From positions 1-31,793 of IMG/VR virus record IMGVR_UViG_3300031701_000008: a stretch of 31,793 nt of DNA; one strand, written 5' to 3'. Below the pieces are notes generated by a model. The model ran no database searches. It had not been told where the DNA came from and saw only the letters and a program-made list of their open reading frames with translations. Below, piece by piece: positions 26,103 to 31,793 of the stretch. This DNA is from a virus. Lineage: Duplodnaviria > Caudoviricetes. Within the stretch, counting starts at the first letter, position 1. Each line of letters opens with the position of its first letter. The translations under genes and the position numbers were made by a program.

Positions 26103-26467
26103 CAGGCCGTCCTCAAGGTGAAGCCGTTATTCATACCTTCGGGAACATCGCCTGATCCGTAGGTTCCCGGACCATAACCCTTGATATCCCTCGCCAACTC
26201 CGGAACTCCGGAAGCCTTGACCAGTGCCCTACAGCAGATTTTTATTTCGGTGGGGATCGTCGTGTCGAGCCAACGAAAACCAATATACCCCGCCTCAGTA
26301 TCATCGAAGAGATGATAGGATTCCGTGATCGAATACCAGTTATCGTCAGAGTCTTGATAGGCAAGGGTGTAAGTTCCGTCGATTATCCCGTCCTTCACAT
26401 CTAGATCTGACGGGAAGGTGGCTGGAACCACAGGCTTCGGGTTGGAGACGGAAAACGGTTTTAGCAA
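26102..26467 (-). CDS. Hypothetical virion-module protein
   Basis: GGAGG before TTG; stop overlaps the next start. Confidence 0.7.
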   Translation of the reverse strand: MLKPFSVSNPKPVVPATFPSDLDVKDGIIDGTYTLAYQDSDDNWYSITESYHLFDDTEAGYIGFRWLDTTIPTEIKICCRALVKASGVPELARDIKGYGPGTYGSGDVPEGMNNGFTLRTA

Positions 26468-26484
26468 TCAGCCTCCAAATAGCA

Positions 26485-26516
26485 GGGGGACGGTGATCTA
26501 GGTGCCCCCGTCCCCC
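26485..26516 (-). terminator. GC-rich hairpin, possible terminator or processing site
   Basis: GGGGGACGG / CCGTCCCCC 9-bp stem in an intergenic gap; weak U-tract, so function is uncertain. Confidence 0.45.
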
Positions 26517-26537
26517 CACTGAGGAGGTGTGTCTTTT

Positions 26538-27167
26538 TTAGTAACCTGTTCTTCGCCGACCGACTTTCCTAGTCGGTGCTAAAGCCTTCGATCTTCGGGC
26601 AGCTTTCTTTTTATCAGCCGCCTTCTTGATTGCCGCTCGTTGTGCTGCCGTCGAGGTTCTACGACCAGTCTTAGGCCTTGGCCCACTGGGGTTGTCGGGC
26701 ACTCCTGGCTCCTTAGTTTCTGGCGCAAACCTCATCTTCCTAGCAGAAGACACCGCTGGCGGTGACCCTGCACTCATGTTTCTCTGACCAGTAGCAATGC
26801 CATCCATACGAGCGGCTCGGAGGCGACGACCCAGCCGATGAACTGGACCGGAAGGTGTGCGACCGATGATGAATCCGGGCGTAACTCTCTGCGTCCGATC
26901 CTTGGATTCATCAGCGGGGGTGGGCGCACCTCGATTCAGAGCGTGACCACGAGGGCCGCCAGGACGGCCTTTCCGGCTTTGCTTAGGAGTGCCACGAGGT
27001 TTACCAGTTCGGTCGGCTGATTGCTGACGACTGCGGCTCGCCGCATCCCGACGGGCAGAAGCCAGTTTCCGTCTTTGCTCCTTCGCCTTATCAGCCGCCT
27101 TCTTGATTGCCGCTTTTTGTGCAGCCGTCGGGGTTCTACGACCAGTCTTACCTGTCTTCTTCGCCAT
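26538..27167 (-). CDS. Highly basic Lys/Arg/Ala/Pro-rich (histone H1-like composition) protein, 209 aa
   Basis: AAAGGGGAAATA-ATG at 27167; MAKKTGKTGRRTPTAAQKAAIKKAADK...; internal duplication at both ends. Confidence 0.75.
   Translation of the reverse strand: MAKKTGKTGRRTPTAAQKAAIKKAADKAKEQRRKLASARRDAASRSRQQSADRTGKPRGTPKQSRKGRPGGPRGHALNRGAPTPADESKDRTQRVTPGFIIGRTPSGPVHRLGRRLRAARMDGIATGQRNMSAGSPPAVSSARKMRFAPETKEPGVPDNPSGPRPKTGRRTSTAAQRAAIKKAADKKKAARRSKALAPTRKVGRRRTGY
26611..27150. repeat. 63-bp direct repeat pair (26611-26673 and 27088-27150) in the basic-protein gene
   Basis: 59/63 identical; encodes KTGRRT(P/S)TAAQ(K/R)AAIKKAADK. Confidence 0.9.
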
Positions 27168-27205
27168 TATTTCCCCTTTTTCTTCTTCGGAGGCATTACA
27201 GCTCC

Positions 27206-27892
27206 TTAACTTACAGTCAGAGTTCCGGTGAAGGTCACATTGATCGTGTCGGCAGCGGCCACACTTGCAATAAGGGCACTGAAGTTGGCAGTAGCTAGCA
27301 AACAACCCTTGTTCGCCGTGCCAGCGTCTGTGGAATCGCAAACATACACATACGCGCCCGCAACATTCGTATGGGCCGAGCCTGTGAATCCCACATCGGT
27401 TGCATTTGCCAAGGTACACGCATCTGCCGTACCTGGAGTGTCGCTGCTAGCCAACCAAGTAGCAGCAGTATACGCCAAAGCAAACACTCTACTGCTGCCA
27501 CCAGCTCCGCCACTGAAGGTGTTGGTAGAGCCGCTGATACCGCTATAAACATCTGAGGTAGCAAGGGCGGGCAGACCAGCAGTTCCACCACTGGAGTATT
27601 TGAACAGGCCGACTTTCGTCAAGCGGCCAGCAGCACCCAGCTGGTTTGTTGCGTCACCAGCGGTAATATCCGCCGCAGGTCGAGACACATTCCAAATGTT
27701 TTGAGCAAACTCTTTGGTCGTCCCATTGTTTACCGTGCATTCATAAAGCAGGTTTCCATCTTTATCTAGATGCTCAATGTGGAAGAACCCAGTTTCAAAT
27801 GAACCATTAGCTCCCATCACCACGCCAGCGTCTGCTTTTCTAACCACCTGTGGAGTTGCAGAACAACTCATGTTTCCCTCGGCCTCGGTCAT
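27206..27892 (-). CDS. Virion accessory/fibre-associated beta protein (paralogue 3)
   Basis: F.IEH.DKDGNL.....NN..T.E, C-terminal AGAY....G.LLA...F......AADT.NVT...T.S; resembles the neighbour at 27902-28459. Confidence 0.7.
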   Translation of the reverse strand: MTEAEGNMSCSATPQVVRKADAGVVMGANGSFETGFFHIEHLDKDGNLLYECTVNNGTTKEFAQNIWNVSRPAADITAGDATNQLGAAGRLTKVGLFKYSSGGTAGLPALATSDVYSGISGSTNTFSGGAGGSSRVFALAYTAATWLASSDTPGTADACTLANATDVGFTGSAHTNVAGAYVYVCDSTDAGTANKGCLLATANFSALIASVAAADTINVTFTGTLTVS

Positions 27893-27901
27893 CTTATCTC
27901 C

Positions 27902-28459
27902 TTATGATAATGACATTTCAAAAGTTACTTTCAGGGTATCTGTTGTACCCACATTCACATCTCCAGCCGCAAAACTTGAGGCAGCAAACAATACTCCCGT
28001 TGTGTTTTGACCCACCGCACTCGTGTTAGCCAGGAACGCTCCCTGGATAGTCTGCGTTCCAGTAAAGGAGGTAAATGTGGCATCCGTCCAAGTAACCTTA
28101 GAGGGGGTTACCGTACCTCCGTTATCTGTCTGGGACCAAGTGCCTGACTTGCGGAGTCCAGAATCGTATCCGGTGTCAGCGATCTCTCCCCAACCGTTGA
28201 CCAAGGTCACTCCTGTTTGACGGATATCAGTCGCTTGATCCGACGCGGCTATTGAAGCGAAACCTGCATCGTCAATCAATCCAACATATCCAGTATCCCT
28301 TACAGGGGTGGACAACGCAGCATCAAATCCTAGTTGCAAAATACGGGCTGCACCCTCACTCGTTAAAGTGTTGCTGGTGATCTTCTCTTGTTTGAGATTT
28401 CCATCAGCGTCATATACTCTGAAAGTAAATGTACCAATCTCCTGGATACCGATCTTCAT
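27902..28459 (-). CDS. Virion accessory/fibre-associated beta protein (paralogue 2)
   Basis: F.VYDADGNLK....SN.LT.EG, YVGLI, W.E, TIQGAFL, GVLFAASSF, DTLKVT. Confidence 0.7.
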   Translation of the reverse strand: MKIGIQEIGTFTFRVYDADGNLKQEKITSNTLTSEGAARILQLGFDAALSTPVRDTGYVGLIDDAGFASIAASDQATDIRQTGVTLVNGWGEIADTGYDSGLRKSGTWSQTDNGGTVTPSKVTWTDATFTSFTGTQTIQGAFLANTSAVGQNTTGVLFAASSFAAGDVNVGTTDTLKVTFEMSLS

Positions 28460-28906
28460 TTAGTCTTCCCGTACTATCAGCGATAACGCTGAAAACTGGA
28501 ATGTGTCACCTAGCATTACGAGGCGAGAGTTATCAAGTTCGTCCCAGTACAATAGGTTTCCACCCGTCTGAGAATCAAAGATACCTACACCCACGACAGT
28601 CTCGCCGGCGGCTGGAAGACCGATCAAGAAGGTCCAGGCTACCGTCGAACTGTTCTCTATCTTCATCCGGTTTTCATCCACTGACGGAGCTGTCCAGTAC
28701 GGGTCAGTCACCATGTCGGTGAATACGCGGATTCTCCCGTTCGTGGCTGCCCACTCAACATATCCAGTTCCGTATGTTGTAGCATCGCCATCAGTGATCG
28801 GGTTGGTGGTAAATAGTGTGACCCATGTCTGGCTGAACGCTGCTGCGGCGGAACCACGGAAACGCTCTAAGACTGTACCTGAAACAGGATTTGTCTTACC
28901 AGTCAT
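28460..28906 (-). CDS. Gp80-like small virion/tail-fibre-associated protein (paralogue 1)
   Basis: WV.LFTTNP, E, N...V.W, TV..VGIFD..TGGNLLYW..L...R.V..GDTF.F....L.V.ED. Confidence 0.75.
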   Translation of the reverse strand: MTGKTNPVSGTVLERFRGSAAAAFSQTWVTLFTTNPITDGDATTYGTGYVEWAATNGRIRVFTDMVTDPYWTAPSVDENRMKIENSSTVAWTFLIGLPAAGETVVGVGIFDSQTGGNLLYWDELDNSRLVMLGDTFQFSALSLIVRED

Positions 28907-28920
28907 GGGTCACTCCATTG

Positions 28921-30051
28921 CTAGTTAATCGAACCAATCCGCACGATCTTCTTGGGATCCATGCGAACAGCACCAAGACCGAGACTGTGGAAACACTGGA
29001 GCGAGTAACCGCGCTCCGGCAACTCGTCGAAACGAACCGTCATGTCCTGCGCCATGCCAAACACCATTGCACTTCTGGTGTACATATAGGTGTAGGCACC
29101 CTTGTTGGCAGTGGATGAGGTAACGACTCCGCCAGTACTGCCTGCCATGTTCACCGTTTGGTTGTTCGCAATCTGGTTCGTCAGGCGGAACTCGGCTCCC
29201 ATGAACTGGGTGACCTCACCACTCATCAATGGACGAAGAGCGTTGAAGTCGTAACTGGTCAAGGTCTGATCGGCCAGCAAGTGGCGGGCAACTGCCGGGT
29301 GAATCGCGATGTAGACCGGATCACCAGGATTGATCGCGCCAGTCTGCTCAAGCATCTCGCGAGCAGTCACCAAGTCCGCTACACCGAGGGTGGAAGTACC
29401 GGTTCCGACATCGGCAGTCATTCCGTGGAGGCCGGGGGCACCGGTGATGGTGCCAGTTGCCTTAGATCCAATCGAACCCGCAGGAAGCGTGTTAACCAAG
29501 GCCAGCTGCGCGGCGACCGTGCCGGTCGGGACTCCATCAGCGGGAAAGTCAAAAGCCAAGGCACCGTCCGCGCCAATCGTCCGGGTAGTAGCGTCAACAG
29601 TTGCATCACCGTCGAAGGCAGCGACGATGGTCGAGTCCTTCAAGCGGCTGAATGCGGCAGTCACATTCATGAGGTAGTTGGAATCCGGGCGAATCGAACG
29701 CAGCAAGGCCGGCTCGTCGCGAGGATCGAACAGTTCCGCAAACTCGTGGAAACCAGGAGTCAGGGCGCGACGCTCAGTGACCGTCTCACTGTATTTCTTG
29801 TCGTTCGCCGCTGCGCCGAACAATTGGCCGCGATCACGAGTGGTGGTGGCGACTTGCTTGAAGGAATCGAGGTTCAGTGGATCGCCGTGTAGCGTCTCAA
29901 ACAAACAAGTATCGGAAAGGCGACTTTCCATTTCCTGAGCCTTGAGCCGAATCGTGTCGGCATAGGCTTGTTTGAAAAGGGCAACATAGTTGGTGTTGTC
30001 ACCGAGTGAACCGGGCCAGGAGGTGTTTTTCCCGGTGGTTGGGTATCCCAT
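28921..30051 (-). CDS. Major capsid protein (podophage, BPP-1-like HK97 fold)
   Basis: F.Q.Y.....L..Q...SRL, P.S.Y.....A..R.KD..I..A..G.A, S.DFN....L..GE...FMG.EF, GAVR.D.KK.V; 376 aa downstream of scaffold. Confidence 0.93.
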   Translation of the reverse strand: MGYPTTGKNTSWPGSLGDNTNYVALFKQAYADTIRLKAQEMESRLSDTCLFETLHGDPLNLDSFKQVATTTRDRGQLFGAAANDKKYSETVTERRALTPGFHEFAELFDPRDEPALLRSIRPDSNYLMNVTAAFSRLKDSTIVAAFDGDATVDATTRTIGADGALAFDFPADGVPTGTVAAQLALVNTLPAGSIGSKATGTITGAPGLHGMTADVGTGTSTLGVADLVTAREMLEQTGAINPGDPVYIAIHPAVARHLLADQTLTSYDFNALRPLMSGEVTQFMGAEFRLTNQIANNQTVNMAGSTGGVVTSSTANKGAYTYMYTRSAMVFGMAQDMTVRFDELPERGYSLQCFHSLGLGAVRMDPKKIVRIGSIN

Positions 30052-30199
30052 AGTAGTATTTCTCTCTCAGCTATTGGTTTGCACAATGCCGTGAGAGTGT
30101 CCACCGAAGGAGGGTCTCCGTAAGGTTAACGATTCCTTATCGCTGTTCTTTCACAGCGTCAGGGGCCGGTCCAGGAAGGGTATCGACTCCGGTGGTAGA
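30052..30199 (-). promoter_or_regulatory. Putative structured 5' leader of the capsid gene
   Basis: Consecutive hairpins on the minus strand: CGCTGT-GAAAGA-ACAGCG, TAAGG-9nt-CCTTA, a stem containing CUUCGG, and an upstream GTCG..CGGC stem. Confidence 0.45.
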
Positions 30200-30448
30200 T
30201 CATCCAGAGTCTGGAGGTTTTCGCAACATATATTTTTTCATGTTCTGCAAAGGGCGACCTCCTTGGAGTTCAGCCTCTCGGTGTTCAAAGGTACTACCTT
30301 GGGCATTCTCTAGACGGTCCACCTTCTCGTGGAGGGCAGATGTGACCAGTTCCGCCAGGGTCATGCCTGGAGTCCAGTAAACAGCGTTCCTGGCCCGTTC
30401 CACGGCTTCTGGGTCCACTATGAAAGTTCTGCGTACTTTCCTTGCCAT
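30200..30448 (-). CDS. Small ribbon-helix-helix-like DNA-binding protein
   Basis: KVRRTFIVD (beta strand), PEAVERARNAVYW (helix), TPGMTLAELVTSAL (helix), C-terminal ELQGGRP. Confidence 0.7.
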   Translation of the reverse strand: MARKVRRTFIVDPEAVERARNAVYWTPGMTLAELVTSALHEKVDRLENAQGSTFEHREAELQGGRPLQNMKKYMLRKPPDSG

Positions 30449-30449
30449 A

Positions 30450-31271
30450 TTAGAACCTTGGCTTTAGACGGTCGTCGTAAACGCCTTCGTAGCCAAGAGT
30501 CGATAACTCAGCCAGTAATCGGTAGTATTCCTCTCGATGAACCTCTGCGTCCTTGTGACGGGGATCTGTATGGGCAGAATCCTTCATCATCGAACGAAGC
30601 TTCTGAGCGATCTTCATCGGGTCAGTTTCGCCACCTGTATCCGATACTGCATTGGTTGGGGTCGAGTCGTCTGACATCGAGTTTCCTCTTTCTATCATCA
30701 TGTCCAAGATTGCTGGATGATCCACTAGGCCAGTTTTCGACAAGACCTGCTGGATATCTGGGTTTTCTGAAGTCAGTGTATCAAGACTCCGCTTTGCAAG
30801 GGCTAGTTTCTCCTCAAGCCCCTCACCATATCTTCTTCGCGCGCCTTCCTGCCACTCTGCTCTGACCTTGTCTAACTGCTCTTTTTCCGCCGATTCGTCT
30901 CTGACCAGTTGTTCTTGGGCTACTGGGTGCAGTTTGTCCCATTGTTTTTTTGTCAGACCAGCAGCGTGGGCTGCCTTCGTGAGGGGGTCCAGGGCAGCTC
31001 TGGCCTTCTCCCCTTCTGGAAGGTCGTAACCGTGCGGGGTTTCGGGCCGGCCAAGTTTGGAATAAAACTCCCCCCACTCTTCCACCGGAGCATCTGCGTC
31101 AGGAACACGAGCCGTGGAACTCAACTTCTGACTCAACGACTGGTACGCCTTGGCGAGATCCTGAGGAGTCTTGTACTTCTTTGCTAGACCCTCATACCCT
31201 TCCCCCAGGAGGTCGCCCAATGTGTCACCTTCGATAGTAGTGTTCTCTTCTCCACTTTGTTCTTGACTCAT
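30450..31271 (-). CDS. Capsid scaffolding protein
   Basis: KYK...DLAKAY..L, P..DA..EEW..FY.KLGRPE.P..Y, GL..HP, acidic/helical; lies between Bbp19-like and capsid genes. Confidence 0.88.
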   Translation of the reverse strand: MSQEQSGEENTTIEGDTLGDLLGEGYEGLAKKYKTPQDLAKAYQSLSQKLSSTARVPDADAPVEEWGEFYSKLGRPETPHGYDLPEGEKARAALDPLTKAAHAAGLTKKQWDKLHPVAQEQLVRDESAEKEQLDKVRAEWQEGARRRYGEGLEEKLALAKRSLDTLTSENPDIQQVLSKTGLVDHPAILDMMIERGNSMSDDSTPTNAVSDTGGETDPMKIAQKLRSMMKDSAHTDPRHKDAEVHREEYYRLLAELSTLGYEGVYDDRLKPRF

Positions 31272-31573
31272 TTTTTCAGGGTCTCCCTATCTTTAATCAC
31301 GGCAGCCTCTTCGACCATCGCCAACACCTTATAGTACGCAGCTCTTAGCCCTTGCCTCTTCGCTAGGGCTGTCGGGTCGATCACCACTCGGTGAGACTCC
31401 CCAGCAATCTCCAGTTGTTTATTCAGCAACTCCTCTGGTTCAAGGGTGACCTTGACCTGAAAAGCCCGTTCCATCCATTCCAAAACTCTTTGACCTGCCG
31501 GCGTATTAAAGGCTGTGGCAAAATCTGAGATCAGTTGCCGGTCCTTGTCTGAGTATGCATTCCCCTTGTTCAT
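31268..31573 (-). CDS. Bbp19-like protein
   Basis: F.T..G.RVL..., DP..LA.R.G.R.....; canonical position directly after portal. Confidence 0.8.
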   Translation of the reverse strand: MNKGNAYSDKDRQLISDFATAFNTPAGQRVLEWMERAFQVKVTLEPEELLNKQLEIAGESHRVVIDPTALAKRQGLRAAYYKVLAMVEEAAVIKDRETLKK

Positions 31574-31793
31574 TGTCCTCCAACCTCCGATGGCACCGAA
31601 GTGCCCGGTAAGTTACCTGCGGAAGCCGGGAGAGGGGATGGGCCTGACTGTGGGGTGCCTCCTCGGGTCGCGGCCATCAGTTCCATCATCCTCTGCTGGG
31701 CTGCCTTGTCCGCCTTCGCTTGACGACGAGCGTTAACCTCCTCATCTGTCCTGAAGATCACCGCCGGAACATCACTCATCTCGGCGTTGTAAG
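31570..31793 (-). CDS. Portal (head-tail connector) C-terminus, truncated by the window edge
   Basis: Frame open to the edge; VP....RT.EEV.A.RQA.A..AAQQ typical of gp8/Bbp21-like portal tails; synteny. Confidence 0.75.
   Translation of the reverse strand, partial: YNAEMSDVPAVIFRTDEEVNARRQAKADKAAQQRMMELMAATRGGTPQSGPSPLPASAGNLPGTSVPSEVGGQ

Noticed and set aside
27168-27419. Cys-rich N-terminal extension of ORF 26538-27419
   Set aside because: Mostly an alternate-frame read of the neighbouring gene 27206-27892; a good RBS + ATG at 27167 gives the real start.
29158-29892. 244-aa + strand ORF and other long antisense ORFs in the structural module
   Set aside because: Antisense to well-supported genes; explained by codon bias.
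1-31793. tRNA, rRNA, integrase/att or IS elements
   Set aside because: None recognised; intergenic gaps are short and lack tRNA-like motifs.

Overview
Most of a tailed-phage genome with a podovirus (T7/BPP-1-like) virion module. It is probably circularly permuted: a minus-strand gene starts at nt 15 and runs off the left edge, and the portal gene enters from the right edge, so terminase and most of the portal are probably in the missing piece. Layout: (i) a non-coding, palindrome- and homopolymer-rich left end with divergent transcription; (ii) a + strand early/middle operon (micro-proteins, RadC/JAB, Cys-rich proteins, GP88-like, YqaJ exonuclease + RecT, a frameshifted PD-(D/E)xK endonuclease); (iii) a minus-strand DNA-modification island (XF1762/Mom-like GNAT, beta-class amino-MTase, a C5-MTase split over two overlapping frames); (iv) holin-like and lipoprotein genes; (v) the structural module (three ejection proteins, nozzle, adaptor, inserted accessory genes, capsid, RHH protein, scaffold, Bbp19-like, portal end). 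Most unusual: the tail adaptor (gp11-like) is fused in frame behind ~800 aa of Ala/Ser/Thr tandem repeats yet keeps its own Shine-Dalgarno + GTG, and no gp17-like fibre is visible. Also notable: G/C homopolymers, a 27-bp direct repeat and clamp-binding-like tails in the modification island; an ADP-ribosyltransferase-like domain inserted in the largest ejection protein; and near-absence of CCTC/GAGG from the first ~2.5 kb. All family calls come from motif recognition by eye, not database searches, and all counts are manual.
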